Assembly (NCBI GenBank): GCA_035498835.1
Contig: DATJZU010000035.1
Span: 8,625-72,624, forward strand
DNA: 64,000 nt
From: Thermoanaerobaculia bacterium
GTDB lineage: Bacteria > Acidobacteriota > Thermoanaerobaculia > UBA5066 > Gp7-AA6
Direction of reading: 5' to 3'
In this document: piece after piece, positions 33,113-43,249 of the stretch
Numbering within the stretch: position 1 is the first letter of the stretch
Layout: each line of letters starts with the position of its first letter
The notes under the pieces: model-generated
Database searches by the model: none
The model's input: only the letters and a program-made list of their open reading frames with translations
What the model was told of the DNA's origin: nothing
Made by a program: the position numbers and the translations under genes

Positions 33113-35581
33113 CTAGTCTCTCGACAGCACGTCGTGCAGAGCGTTCACGACGGCGCGATCGGGAGGCTTCGGCAGCTCCGCCTCGAGATGGACCGGCGCC
33201 GTCGTGCTGCCGACGAGCGTGACGAAGCCGATGCGCCGCGCCTCGCCCTTCGAGACGGCGTAGACCGGAAGCCGTGTGCGGAAGTCCGGCGAGACGCCGC
33301 TTTGCGAAACCGTTCCGGTGATCGCGTACCGATTGCCTCCCGCCGGTGCGACCACGAGGTTGGTCTCGAACCGCGGAATCTCGGTGCCCGTCACCCACTG
33401 GCGGAAGAACCAGTCCATCTTGCCGTCTCCCGCGAGGTCGAGCTCCGGAGCCATGTGACGCTCGACCGCATCCTGAAAATCCCGCGTCGTCGGGCTCTGG
33501 TCCTCCTGCGAGGAGAGAAAGTCCTGCATCATCGCGATGAACCGCGCATCGGGACGGTCGGACTCCGGATCGCGCAGGAGCGCGCGTAGCATGTGGAGGA
33601 TGTAGGCGCCCTTGGAATAGATCATCGCCTGCGCCGCGAAACGGTTGCGCCAGGTCGAGAGTCGATAGCCGTCGGTGATCGGCCCCGCTTCGTCGTTCGC
33701 CACGGACGCGTAGCGGGGTTTCTGGGTGATGCGGCGCCGGGCCTTCTCCCAGAATCCGTTCATCCGGCCGACGCCTTCGGTGAACTGGAGGACGAGCGCC
33801 GCGGTGAACTCGGCGAAGCCCTCGGAGAGCCACTGGTCCCGGTAGCTCGCCCAGCCCACGCGGTGGCCCCACCACTGATGGGCGAACTCGTGCGGGCCGA
33901 CGAGGTCCACGAAATCCGACGCGTTCTGAAGGCCGAGCTCGTGGCGGATCGTGGAATCGAAGGCCGCGATGTACGGGAGGTAGACGAGGGTGGGCCAGGA
34001 CTGTCCGAAGAAGGCCTGCGTCTGCTGCGTGATGGAGACGACCCGGTCCGGGAGCGGGCCGTAGTACATCGTGGCGACGCGCGCGGTGTTGATTCCATCC
34101 GCGATCGCGGAGCTCGTCAGGGTCTCGGGGTCGGCGGAGACGTGGCGCAGTCCGGCGTCCGTTCGGTTCTCGAGGGCGAAGTTGATCTGACGCAGGAAGT
34201 CAGGCTCGCCCGGGTTGGTGTACACCTCGACCGTGAGGCCGCTGACCGAGTCGGTCTGGCCGCGCCGGCGAAACTTCCCGTAGTTGAAACCGGCTACGCG
34301 GAACGGGCGATCCGATTTCCAGATCGAGATTCGCTGGTCGCCTTCGACGCGGTCCTCGCGGAGCTCGCCGACCGACACGATCTGAAGCGCCTTCGGACAG
34401 TGGTACGTCAGGTCGTAGCGCGCGAGCTCCGTGAACGTCCCGAGGTTCGGGTACCAGCTTTCCCGCGCGCCGACGACGAAGTTTCCGTCTCCCGCGTCCT
34501 GCAACACGTCCTTGCCTTCGTATTCGAGCCGAACGCGATAGAGCTGCCCGGCGGTCAGGGGCCTCGGCATCACGACGGCGAGATCGGCGTCCTCGTCCTC
34601 GTCCTCCTGGACGAAAGCGACGGGAAGCAGCGCCTCGCTCTCGCCGTTGCCGAGCGCCGCCTGTTTGACGCGGAGCTTCGAGAGCAGGGCCACGGGTAGG
34701 ACCCGCAGTCCGTCCACCGTCGGCTTGAAGAAGATGTCCGTGCGCCCTTGAAGCCGCGTATTGCGCGCGATCGTCGTGTCGACGGCGTAGCGCTCGGCGC
34801 GGGCGCGGCGGCGCGCCCGGGGGAACCGGCCCGCGGCGATCTCGTCGCGCGTGTGGGAGGCGTACCAGTAGCCGCCACGCTCGTCGTGGAGGACGTAGAG
34901 GACCACGGACTCGCCTCCGAGTTCGTCCGAGAACCAGTCCGCCAGCCCCGCGGGGTCCGCGATCGCCAGCGCCGGCGGAAGCTTCTTGCCGGTAAATCCC
35001 GCGAGAAACAGGCCCCTGGACGCCGGCCGGGCCTCGAGCACATCCTCCAGGAGGCGGATCTGGAGGTTGTTTTTCAGGTCCTTCCGTTGGCGTTTGAAGA
35101 ACTTCTCGAAAACCTCGCGGGCGGAGGCGAGCGCCGGAGCGGCGGGTGGGGCCGGCGTGCCGTTGGCGCGGATCTCGTCGGCCGTCGCGTCGGTGAAGAG
35201 AAACACGGCCGCATCGAACGAGTCGGTCAGGATCTCGAGCCTGGGATCGCCCGTGACGAAGGCGAGGTGACGCCGCTCGGACGGGGTGGCCGGAGAGAGC
35301 TCGAAGCGTCCATCGCCGACGAAGACGGCGCCGACCGTCCGGTCTGAGACCGGCGTCAGGAACTGGACGACGCCGGACGAGAGGCGGAAGCGGAAGGCGT
35401 CGCGCTCGATCGTCAGCCCGTTCACGGTGACCGCTGGCCCGTCGGGACGCGCCGCGCGAAGCGCCGCGTACACCGGATCGGCCGGCGGCGCGGCCGCGGT
35501 GGCCCCGAGCGCCGCCGCCGCGGCGAGGAGGGAAGCGGCGAGGAAGGCGGCAGGCCGCCTTGCGAGGTGGGTCACGGGCAC
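33113..35581 (-). CDS. secreted zinc metallopeptidase, M1-like gluzincin (HEFAHQWWG...X18...E), paralog A
   Basis: Signal peptide. HEFAHQWWGHRVGWASYRDQWLSEGFAEF (HEXXH + 18 + E). No GAMEN motif seen. Confidence 0.8.
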   Translation of the reverse strand: MPVTHLARRPAAFLAASLLAAAAALGATAAAPPADPVYAALRAARPDGPAVTVNGLTIERDAFRFRLSSGVVQFLTPVSDRTVGAVFVGDGRFELSPATPSERRHLAFVTGDPRLEILTDSFDAAVFLFTDATADEIRANGTPAPPAAPALASAREVFEKFFKRQRKDLKNNLQIRLLEDVLEARPASRGLFLAGFTGKKLPPALAIADPAGLADWFSDELGGESVVLYVLHDERGGYWYASHTRDEIAAGRFPRARRRARAERYAVDTTIARNTRLQGRTDIFFKPTVDGLRVLPVALLSKLRVKQAALGNGESEALLPVAFVQEDEDEDADLAVVMPRPLTAGQLYRVRLEYEGKDVLQDAGDGNFVVGARESWYPNLGTFTELARYDLTYHCPKALQIVSVGELREDRVEGDQRISIWKSDRPFRVAGFNYGKFRRRGQTDSVSGLTVEVYTNPGEPDFLRQINFALENRTDAGLRHVSADPETLTSSAIADGINTARVATMYYGPLPDRVVSITQQTQAFFGQSWPTLVYLPYIAAFDSTIRHELGLQNASDFVDLVGPHEFAHQWWGHRVGWASYRDQWLSEGFAEFTAALVLQFTEGVGRMNGFWEKARRRITQKPRYASVANDEAGPITDGYRLSTWRNRFAAQAMIYSKGAYILHMLRALLRDPESDRPDARFIAMMQDFLSSQEDQSPTTRDFQDAVERHMAPELDLAGDGKMDWFFRQWVTGTEIPRFETNLVVAPAGGNRYAITGTVSQSGVSPDFRTRLPVYAVSKGEARRIGFVTLVGSTTAPVHLEAELPKPPDRAVVNALHDVLSRD

Positions 35582-35585
35582 GACT

Positions 35586-38102
35586 CTAATCCCGGGAGAG
35601 CACTTCGTGGCGCGGGTTGGCGACGACGCGGCGGGGCCGTTCGGCGGTTTCGAGCGGCAGGTCGAGCGACGCCTCGACGTTGCCGACGAGCGTCACGGAT
35701 GTGACGTAGGCGAGCTCGCCTCGCGAGAGCTCGGCGAAGAGCGGGACGACGGAACGAAAGTCCGGAGGAACGCCATCCTGCGTGACGGAGCCGGCCGCGC
35801 GCCACTTCCCTCCCGGTGCGTCGATCACGCGGAGCTTTCCGCGGAGGCGCGGGATGTCGGTGCCGTAGACCCACTGGCGAAAGAACCAGTCGAGCCTCCC
35901 GTCTTCGGCGCCCCGGAGGCCCGTGACGTGCCGCTCGACGGCCGCCTGGAAATCGCGCGTGGACGGGTTGGCGCCCGCCCAGGACTGCGCGAAGTCCTTC
36001 ATCGCAGCGAAGAAGCTCCGGTCCGGGTCGGGAGCACCCCGGTCGCGCATCCACTCCCGCAGCATGCGGAGCACGTACGCTCCTTTCGTGTAGACGACGA
36101 CGTCGTAGGCCCACGGGTTGCGCGCCGTGAAAAGGCGCTGTCCCATGATGATCGGTCCCGCGGCGGCGTTCGAGATCCCGCTGCCCGGAGGCTTCTCGAG
36201 GATCCGCCGGCGGGCGCGCTCCCAGTAGTCCACGCCCCTCTTCGCTCCGCCGGTCGTCTCGATGACCATGGCGGCGGTGAACTCCGCGAAGCCCTCCGAG
36301 AGCCATCGATCGCGGTATCCCTTCCAGCCGACGAGCTGTCCCCACCACTGGTGCGCGAACTCGTGCGGGATGACGCCCTCGAGAAAGTTCGCCTCGCCCT
36401 CGAGCCCGATCTGCCGCCGCGTGGCGTCGTCGAGGGCGGCGGCGTACGGAACGTAGAGGAGGCCCGGCCAGGATTGGCCGGAGAACGCCTGCGTTTGCTG
36501 CGTGATCGCGATCCGCGAATCCGGAAGGGGGCCGAACGCCGAGGATCCGATCCGCGCGGTCGCGAGGCCGTCGGCGATCGCCGCCGCGGCGAGGACGTCG
36601 GGGTCGAGGTGGAGCGGCCGGATTCCGGAGCCCGCGATCGGGGAGTCCCCGGAGACGCCGATCCGCTCGACGGGAACGTTCGCGAAGTTGGCCAGATCGG
36701 GATGGATCACGCGGGCCGCGGCGGCGATCTGGACGAGCTTCAGATTCAGCCGATGGATGTAGTTCGGCGTGCCGCGGTTCGTGTAGACGCGGACTCCCAC
36801 GCCGACCGACGGGTCCGATCGGTCGATCTCGCGGAACTTTCCGTAGTTGAAGCCGGCGACGCGGATCGGCCGGTCGGCCCTCCAGACCGAGACGGCCGTC
36901 TCGCCCTCGAGCCGCTCCGAGACCTTCGTTCCGACCGAGACGACCTCGTACTCCTTCGGATGGTGGTACGTCATCTCGTAGGCCGAGAGGTCGTGGAACC
37001 ATCCGAGGTTCGGGTACCAGTTGTCGCGGGCGCCGACGAGAAAGTTGCCGTCGCCGGCGTCGCGCAGGGTCCCGCGGCCGTCGGTCGAGATCCGGAGACG
37101 AAACGTTGCGCCGCGCGCCGGCGCGGGGTCGAGCAGGACGGCCGCGTCGAGCTCGTCGGACTCCGCCTCCTGGATGAAATCGACGGGAGCCCATTCGGAG
37201 CTTTCGGACCACCGGACCTCGGCACTCCGGACCCGCTGGCGCTCCGACAGATTGAGCCGCAGCACGCGGAGGCCCTCCGACGTCGGCGTGACCTGAATCG
37301 TCGTCGCGACCGCCATGTGTGCGTCCGGGAAGATCGTCGTGTCGATGCCGTACCAGAGCGCGCGGGCGAACGGCGGCGGAGCGGCTTCCGCGACGGTCCC
37401 CGGCCCGCGGCCCCGCGGCGCGGCGCAGTACCAGAGCCCGCCGGCGTCGCCGGTCGCGAAGAACGCCGTGGTCTCTCCGTCGACGCGCCCGAGAATGCTT
37501 TCGAGGCCGGCCGGATCGAAGGCCGCGAGCCCGGAGGGCGTCTTGTCGCCCGGAATCCAAGCGGCGAAGAATCCCGGACGACCCCGCGACAGTCCCTCGA
37601 GAAGCTCGAGCGGAAGGTTGATGCGCAGCTCCCGCGCCTCCCAGTCGCGGAACGCCCGATAGGTATCTTCCGCGCGCCGCGAGGGCGCCGTTCGCCGGAC
37701 CGAAGCGCGCGCGATCTCCGCTGCCGTGGCATCGGTGAAGAGAAGAACCGATCGTTCGATGGGAATGCGCAGAGTCGCGAGGTTGCCCTTGCCGCTCACG
37801 AGCGCCAGGTGCTCGCGCTCCATCTCGTTCGCCGGATCGATCTCGAACGTTCCCGACCCGTTGAAGACCGCGCCGACGATTCGCCCGTCGACCGGGGCGA
37901 GGAACTGCAGCGTTCCCGACGCGAAGCGGAATCGGAGCGCGTCCCGCTCGAGCGTCACTCCGGAGGCGTCGAGTGCCTCGCCCGCGGGCCGCTCGGAACG
38001 GAGGGCGTCGTACAGGCTCCGGAGCTCCCCACCCGGCGCCGCCGCCCGAACGAGCGATCCGGCGAGGAGCGCGGCGGCGAGCGGGAGGGGCGGCTTTCGC
38101 AT
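35586..38102 (-). CDS. secreted zinc metallopeptidase, M1-like gluzincin, paralog B
   Basis: Same architecture and motif (HEFAHQWWGQLVGWKGYRDRWLSEGFAEF). The C-terminal HEVLSRD is shared with paralog A. Lies 4 nt upstream of A. Confidence 0.8.
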   Translation of the reverse strand: MRKPPLPLAAALLAGSLVRAAAPGGELRSLYDALRSERPAGEALDASGVTLERDALRFRFASGTLQFLAPVDGRIVGAVFNGSGTFEIDPANEMEREHLALVSGKGNLATLRIPIERSVLLFTDATAAEIARASVRRTAPSRRAEDTYRAFRDWEARELRINLPLELLEGLSRGRPGFFAAWIPGDKTPSGLAAFDPAGLESILGRVDGETTAFFATGDAGGLWYCAAPRGRGPGTVAEAAPPPFARALWYGIDTTIFPDAHMAVATTIQVTPTSEGLRVLRLNLSERQRVRSAEVRWSESSEWAPVDFIQEAESDELDAAVLLDPAPARGATFRLRISTDGRGTLRDAGDGNFLVGARDNWYPNLGWFHDLSAYEMTYHHPKEYEVVSVGTKVSERLEGETAVSVWRADRPIRVAGFNYGKFREIDRSDPSVGVGVRVYTNRGTPNYIHRLNLKLVQIAAAARVIHPDLANFANVPVERIGVSGDSPIAGSGIRPLHLDPDVLAAAAIADGLATARIGSSAFGPLPDSRIAITQQTQAFSGQSWPGLLYVPYAAALDDATRRQIGLEGEANFLEGVIPHEFAHQWWGQLVGWKGYRDRWLSEGFAEFTAAMVIETTGGAKRGVDYWERARRRILEKPPGSGISNAAAGPIIMGQRLFTARNPWAYDVVVYTKGAYVLRMLREWMRDRGAPDPDRSFFAAMKDFAQSWAGANPSTRDFQAAVERHVTGLRGAEDGRLDWFFRQWVYGTDIPRLRGKLRVIDAPGGKWRAAGSVTQDGVPPDFRSVVPLFAELSRGELAYVTSVTLVGNVEASLDLPLETAERPRRVVANPRHEVLSRD

Positions 38103-38156
38103 GATGGCCCGGGAGGATGCCTCCTCGAAGCTACACCCGCGAGGCTTCGGCGACGC

Positions 38157-39602
38157 CTACTTTGTGACGAGCTCCTCGCCGACGCGCGCCGTCTCCTCGA
38201 GGAGGGCGATCAGGTCCTCCTCCCGCGTCCGGAAGTTCACGATCGCGACGCGCAGCGCCGAGCGCCCCTTGAGGATCGTCGGCGCGAGGAAGAACGAGCC
38301 GTCGCCGACGAGCCGGTTCACGATCCGGCGGTTGAGGCGGTCGAGCGCCTCGTCGGACAGGTCGCGGCCGCGAGGGCGATAACGGAAATTGGCGATCGAG
38401 AGAACGGACTCGGCCAGGCGCTCGAAATCCGGCCGGCGGTCCACCTCGGCGGAAAGGAACCGCGCGAGGCGGACGTCCTCCTCGATGGCCTCCGCGTACG
38501 CGCGCCGTCCGTGCGTCTTCAGTCCCATCCAGACCTTCAATGCTTTGAATCCCCGCGAGAGCTCGACGCCCCGCTCGGCGAACCAGGCCGGGCCCGGGAA
38601 GGGCGAGTCCGGATCGGCGGCGAGGTACTCGGGGAACTTCCGGAACGCGGCGCCGAGGCGCCCGGGCTCGCGCACGAGGGTCGCGCCCGCCTCGTAGGGA
38701 ACGTAGAGCCATTTGTGAGGATCGGCGGCGATCGAGTCGGCGCGCTCCATCCCGGAGAAGAGCGGCGCCAGCTCCTTCGACATCGCCGCCATCGCGCCGT
38801 ACGCGCCGTCCACGTGGTACCAGAGCGACTCGCGGCGGCAGAAGTCGGCAAGCTCCCCGAGCGGATCGATCGCTCCCGTGTTGACCGTCCCGGCGTTGCC
38901 GACGACGATCGCGGGCCGGAGGCCCTCCTTCCGGTCGCGTGCCACGGCTTGCTCGAGGAGATCCATGCGGATCCGGAATCGCGCATCCGTCTCGATCTTG
39001 CGCAGCCGCCGCGTGCCGATCCCGAGAAGGTCCACCGCCTTGTCGACGCAGGAGTGGACCTGGTCCGAGGCGTAGACGGCGATCGGCGCGCCGCCGAAGA
39101 GGCCGTCCTCGCGGACGTTGCCGGCGACGACGGCGCGCCGGGCGGCCGCGAGCGCGGTGAAGTTGGCCATCGACCCGCCGGAGACGAGGATGCCTTCCGC
39201 ATCCGGCGGGAACCCGAGGAGCTCGGCGAGCCAGCGTACGACGCGCTCCTCGACGTGGATCGCGGCATGGTCGCCGCCCCAGCAATTCGAGTTCATCGCG
39301 CTGGCGAGGTAGTCGGCGGCGACGCCGACGGGGTCGGCGGTCGCGTTGATGAAACCGAAAAAGCGCGGGTGCGAGTTCCCCATCGGGAAGGGGAGGATGT
39401 GCTCGCGCACGAGGTCGAGCACCGCGTCGAAGGACTGGCCCTCCTCGGGCACGGGCTCCGCGAAAACCGCGGCCCGGCCGGCGACCTTGCCGAACACGGG
39501 CCGCGATTCCAGCCGCGCGCGGTGCTCCGCCACGGCGTCGGCCGCTGCGCGGCCCATCCGGCGGACCTCTTCGGGTGGCCGGTCGAACGGAGGCCGGCTC
39601 AA
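38157..39602 (-). CDS. PLP-dependent group II amino-acid decarboxylase (glutamate/aromatic-L-amino-acid decarboxylase family)
   Basis: SGGSMANFTAL, HVDGAYG, and the PLP-lysine context DSIAADPHKWLYVPYEAG. Confidence 0.85.
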   Translation of the reverse strand: MSRPPFDRPPEEVRRMGRAAADAVAEHRARLESRPVFGKVAGRAAVFAEPVPEEGQSFDAVLDLVREHILPFPMGNSHPRFFGFINATADPVGVAADYLASAMNSNCWGGDHAAIHVEERVVRWLAELLGFPPDAEGILVSGGSMANFTALAAARRAVVAGNVREDGLFGGAPIAVYASDQVHSCVDKAVDLLGIGTRRLRKIETDARFRIRMDLLEQAVARDRKEGLRPAIVVGNAGTVNTGAIDPLGELADFCRRESLWYHVDGAYGAMAAMSKELAPLFSGMERADSIAADPHKWLYVPYEAGATLVREPGRLGAAFRKFPEYLAADPDSPFPGPAWFAERGVELSRGFKALKVWMGLKTHGRRAYAEAIEEDVRLARFLSAEVDRRPDFERLAESVLSIANFRYRPRGRDLSDEALDRLNRRIVNRLVGDGSFFLAPTILKGRSALRVAIVNFRTREEDLIALLEETARVGEELVTK

Positions 39603-39612
39603 GCGGCGCCGG

Positions 39613-40134
39613 CTACCGGACGACGCCGCACGCGAGACGGCCGCCCGCGTTGCCCGTCGGCTGAGTCTTCAGGTCGTCGGCCTTCTCGTGGAAGATCACG
39701 GCCCGCCCGACGACCGAATTCGGCCCCGGCTTGACCGTGAGCATCTTCGAAGTGATCGTCAGGTCGCCCGTGCCGTCCGCCTTGATCTCGATGTTGCCGA
39801 GGTCTCCCGCGTGATGCTGCGGGTCCATCGGGCCGGCGTGCGGCATCGCCGTCGGGTTGAAGTGGCCCCCGGCCGACGTCGCGTCCGGCGCCGAGCAGTC
39901 GCCCTTTTCGTGGATGTGCAGGCCGTGCGTCCCGGGCGGGGCCTTCTCGATGTGCACGACGGCGCGGACGCCGCCCTCCGGCAGCTCCGTGAACGTGGCC
40001 GTTCCCATGACCGTCGAGCCGCTCTTCGGCTCGAGCGTCGCCCTGGCCGTCGCCGCGGCATCGGCGCCGCGGGCGGAAACGCCGGCGAGCCAGACCGCCC
40101 CGAGGACGGCCGCGAAACCCATCGTCTTTCTCAT
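39613..40134 (-). CDS. sodC: periplasmic Cu/Zn superoxide dismutase
   Basis: GAGGAGG Shine-Dalgarno. Signal peptide. GLHIHEKGDC...GGHFNP...AGDLGN...RLACGVV. Confidence 0.9.
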   Translation of the reverse strand: MRKTMGFAAVLGAVWLAGVSARGADAAATARATLEPKSGSTVMGTATFTELPEGGVRAVVHIEKAPPGTHGLHIHEKGDCSAPDATSAGGHFNPTAMPHAGPMDPQHHAGDLGNIEIKADGTGDLTITSKMLTVKPGPNSVVGRAVIFHEKADDLKTQPTGNAGGRLACGVVR

Positions 40135-40200
40135 ACTGTCCTCCTCGAAAGCCGGGATGATAGAAGATATGTTGTTCGAGTGCCCCCACCGCAGGCCGCC

Positions 40201-40425
40201 ATGACGCGACGACTCTCCGAAACGGTGCCTCCCGTCGAGGTTTCTCGCCTCCTGCTCGCCGCGCTCGTCGCGGCCGGCGCGGTCGTCTCCGTCACCTCGG
40301 AAGGCCGGCTTTCGAACTTCGCGGGCGGATTCGCCGCGGGCGCCGGTTCGGCGTTCGTGGCGTCCTTCCTGCGCACGCGGCGCGACGGCCGGGACGAGCC
40401 GCCGCCGGGACCGGAGACGCCGTGA
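40201..40425 (+). CDS. small single-TM protein (74 aa), hypothetical
   Basis: High GC3, one hydrophobic helix LLLAALVAAGAVVSV. Its stop overlaps the response-regulator GTG (GTGA at 40422-40425). A 15-codon uORF upstream also ends ATGA on its ATG. Confidence 0.4.
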   Translation: MTRRLSETVPPVEVSRLLLAALVAAGAVVSVTSEGRLSNFAGGFAAGAGSAFVASFLRTRRDGRDEPPPGPETP

Positions 40426-41126
40426 GGGTCCTGGTCATCGAGGACGAGCAGAAGATCGCGCAGTTCCTGAAGAAGGGGCTCACGGAAAAGGGCTACGCGG
40501 TCGAGACGGTCGGGGACGCCGACGCGGCGCTCGAGCGCGCCTCCTCGTCGCCGTTCGACCTCGTGATCCTGGACCTGCTTCTTCCGGGCTCGCGCGACGG
40601 GCTCGAGCTCTGCCGCGAGCTGCGGACCCGCGGTGTGAAGGCGAAGATCCTCATGCTGACGGCGCGTGACACGGTCGAGAACAAGATCGAGGGCCTCGAC
40701 GCCGGCGCCGACGACTATCTCGTCAAGCCGTTCTCGTTTCGCGAGCTCCTCGCGCGCCTGCGCGCGCTGGCGCGTCGCACGGAGATGGCGGAGCCCGGCC
40801 CCATCGTCTCGGGCGAGATCCGCTACGACCCCGACTCGCGCGAGGTCTCGCGCGGCGGCGAGACGATACGGCTGACGGCGCGTGAGGGCGCGCTCTTCGA
40901 GCTCCTGCTGCGGCGGCGCGGGAAGGTCGTTCCGCGCTCGGAGATCCAGGCGCGCATCTGGGAGGACTCGTTCGACCTTTCGACCAACATCATCGACGTC
41001 TACATCAACGCGCTGCGCAAGAAGCTCGACGCGGGAGCGCGCGAGAAGCTGATCCAGACCGTCCGCGGCGTGGGCTACCGCATCCGCCCGGCCGCGGGGG
41101 AAGACCCCGGCCCCGCCGAGGATTGA
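40422..41126 (+). CDS. OmpR-family response regulator
   Basis: Receiver VLVIEDE...DLVILDLLLP...LMLTA, and a winged-helix C-terminus. Confidence 0.9.
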   Translation: MRVLVIEDEQKIAQFLKKGLTEKGYAVETVGDADAALERASSSPFDLVILDLLLPGSRDGLELCRELRTRGVKAKILMLTARDTVENKIEGLDAGADDYLVKPFSFRELLARLRALARRTEMAEPGPIVSGEIRYDPDSREVSRGGETIRLTAREGALFELLLRRRGKVVPRSEIQARIWEDSFDLSTNIIDVYINALRKKLDAGAREKLIQTVRGVGYRIRPAAGEDPGPAED

Positions 41127-41129
41127 GGC

Positions 41130-41990
41130 GTGGCGCTCTTCGGGCGGCGGGACGACCGCGACGGCACCGAGCTGAATCTCCTCAAGAAGCGCCTGGCGGA
41201 CACCGAAGCGCATCCGCTGAAGCGGGTGCCCGTCGAGGGCCTCTCGGGGGACGCGCGGCAGATCGCCGAAAGCCTGAACGCGCGGCTCGACGCGGTGGCG
41301 GGCGCGGAGAAGGAGCAGCAGCAGTTCATCGCGGACGTGTCGCACGAGTTGCGCACGCCGCTGACGGTGCTGCGCGGCACGCTCGAAGTGGCGCTCGAAG
41401 AGGAGCGCGCGCCCGAGGAATACCGCGAGACGCTCGGCAACGCGCTGCTCGAGGTGCGCCACCTCTCGCGTCTCTCGCAGAACCTGCTCTTTCTGGTGCG
41501 CGGAGAGAGCGGCCGCATCACGCTCTCCTTCGCCAACCTCGATCTGACGCGCCTCCTCTCCGACCTCGTGCGCGATCTGGCGTCCGCCGCCGGCGACCGG
41601 GGCCTCTCCGTCACGTCCGAGATCCCGGAGAAGCCGATCACGGCCTTCGTGGACGCGGATCGCTTCCGGCAGGTCTTTCACAACCTCTTCGAGAACGCGA
41701 TGCGGTACACGCCTGCGGGCGGCGCGATCCGGGTGCGACTGTCGGAGGCGCCGGGCGAAGCGCGCATGGACGTGTCCGATACGGGCATCGGGATTCCGCC
41801 CCAGGACCAGCCCTTCATCTTCGAACGGTTCTTCCGGAGCGACCGCGCGCGCCGGGCCTACACGGGCGGCTCGGGCCTCGGGCTGTCGATCGTCCGATGG
41901 ATCGTGGACGCGCACAAGGGCACGATCGCGGTCGAGAGCGCTCCCGGCAAGGGGTCCACTTTCACGGTCCGGCTGCCCCTCATCCGCTGA
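41130..41990 (+). CDS. histidine kinase, soluble (HisKA + HATPase_c only, no TM/sensor domain)
   Basis: H-box ADVSHELRTPL, N/G boxes FHNLFENAMRYT, DTGIGI, GGSGLGLSIV. No hydrophobic N-terminus. Confidence 0.85.
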   Translation: MALFGRRDDRDGTELNLLKKRLADTEAHPLKRVPVEGLSGDARQIAESLNARLDAVAGAEKEQQQFIADVSHELRTPLTVLRGTLEVALEEERAPEEYRETLGNALLEVRHLSRLSQNLLFLVRGESGRITLSFANLDLTRLLSDLVRDLASAAGDRGLSVTSEIPEKPITAFVDADRFRQVFHNLFENAMRYTPAGGAIRVRLSEAPGEARMDVSDTGIGIPPQDQPFIFERFFRSDRARRAYTGGSGLGLSIVRWIVDAHKGTIAVESAPGKGSTFTVRLPLIR

Positions 41991-42020
41991 CGGCCGCGGG
42001 CGTCTAGAATCGCCGCTTCG

Positions 42021-43205
42021 ATGCGCCCGGTCTACGTCCTCTCCGCCGCCCGCACACCGATCGGCAAATTCGGCGGCGCTTTCGCGGCCCTCTCGCCGGC
42101 CGATCTCGGAGAGGCCGCCGCCCGAGCCGCCATCGAGCGCTCGGGTCTTCCCGCGACGGCGATCGACGAGACGATCTTCGGGCACGCGCGGCAGGCCGGG
42201 GGAGGGCCGAACACGGCGCGGCAGGTCTCGCACCGCGCCGGCGTTCCGGACGCCGTACCGGCCTACACCGTCAACAAGGCTTGCGCGTCTTCGCTCAAGG
42301 CGCTCACGCTCGGTGCGCTCTCGATCGCCGCCGGCGAGAACGATCTCGTGCTCGTGGGCGGGACCGAGTGCATGTCGGCCACCCCGTACCTGCTCCCGCG
42401 GGCGCGCTTCGGCTACCGCATGGGGAACGCGGAGGTCGTGGACGCGATGTACCGCGACGGGTTCCTGTGTCCGCTCTGCGGGAAGCTCATGGGCGAGACG
42501 GCCGAGACTCTCTCGCGCGAATACGGGATCCTGCGCGCCGAGCAGGACGCCTTCGCGCTCGAGTCGCAGCGGCGCGCCGGCGCGGCCGCCGCGGCGGGAC
42601 ATTTCGACCGCGAGATCGCGCCGGTCGAGATCGCCGGGAAGAAGGGCTCCGTCCGCGTGGAGAAGGACGAGCATCCGCGCCCCGACACGACGCTCGAGGC
42701 GCTCGCGAAGCTGCCGCCCGTGTTCGACCCGAAGGAGGGCACCGTGCACGCGGGCAATTCGTCGGGCGTGACGGACGGGGCCGCAGCGCTCGTGCTGGGG
42801 ACGGAGGAGGAGGCCGCGAAGTCCGGCGTCGCGCCCCTCGCGCGCATCGTCGCCTGGGCGTCGGCGGGCGTCGATCCGGCGCGCATGGGCATCGGGCCGG
42901 TGCCGGCGGTCCGCGCGGTCCTCGAGAAGGCGGGGCGAAGGCTCTCCGACCTGGATCTCGTCGAGTTGAACGAGGCGTTCGCCGCGCAGGTGATCGCGTG
43001 CGCGCGGGAGCTGCCGCTCGACCTCGGGCGCGTCAACGTCAACGGCGGTGCCATCGCCCTCGGGCATCCGATCGGAGCGACGGGCGCGCGGATCGCGACG
43101 ACGCTGCTCCACGAGATGGCCCGGCGCGGCTCGCGGCTGGGCCTCGCGACCCTCTGCGTCTCCGGCGGAATGGGCATGGCCGTGCTCTTCGAGAGGGCGG
43201 AGTGA
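42021..43205 (+). CDS. acetyl-CoA C-acyltransferase (thiolase)
   Basis: [11 protein letters not shown] active-site Cys, C-terminal [16 protein letters not shown]...CVSGGMG. Confidence 0.9.
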   Translation: MRPVYVLSAARTPIGKFGGAFAALSPADLGEAAARAAIERSGLPATAIDETIFGHARQAGGGPNTARQVSHRAGVPDAVPAYTVNKACASSLKALTLGALSIAAGENDLVLVGGTECMSATPYLLPRARFGYRMGNAEVVDAMYRDGFLCPLCGKLMGETAETLSREYGILRAEQDAFALESQRRAGAAAAAGHFDREIAPVEIAGKKGSVRVEKDEHPRPDTTLEALAKLPPVFDPKEGTVHAGNSSGVTDGAAALVLGTEEEAAKSGVAPLARIVAWASAGVDPARMGIGPVPAVRAVLEKAGRRLSDLDLVELNEAFAAQVIACARELPLDLGRVNVNGGAIALGHPIGATGARIATTLLHEMARRGSRLGLATLCVSGGMGMAVLFERAE

Positions 43206-43249
43206 GCGGCCCGCGACGCGCGCCCGCGCAAACCCGTACAATTCCTTCC

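Noticed and set aside
35286-39734. 1482-aa plus-strand ORF and 35572..37560 minus-strand ORF
   Set aside because: Shadows of the two M1-like peptidase genes and the decarboxylase. Low-complexity composition.
40131-43241. 1036-aa minus-strand ORF and 42413..44203 minus-strand ORF
   Set aside because: Antisense to the regulator/kinase, thiolase and C26 genes, which carry clear motifs on the plus strand.
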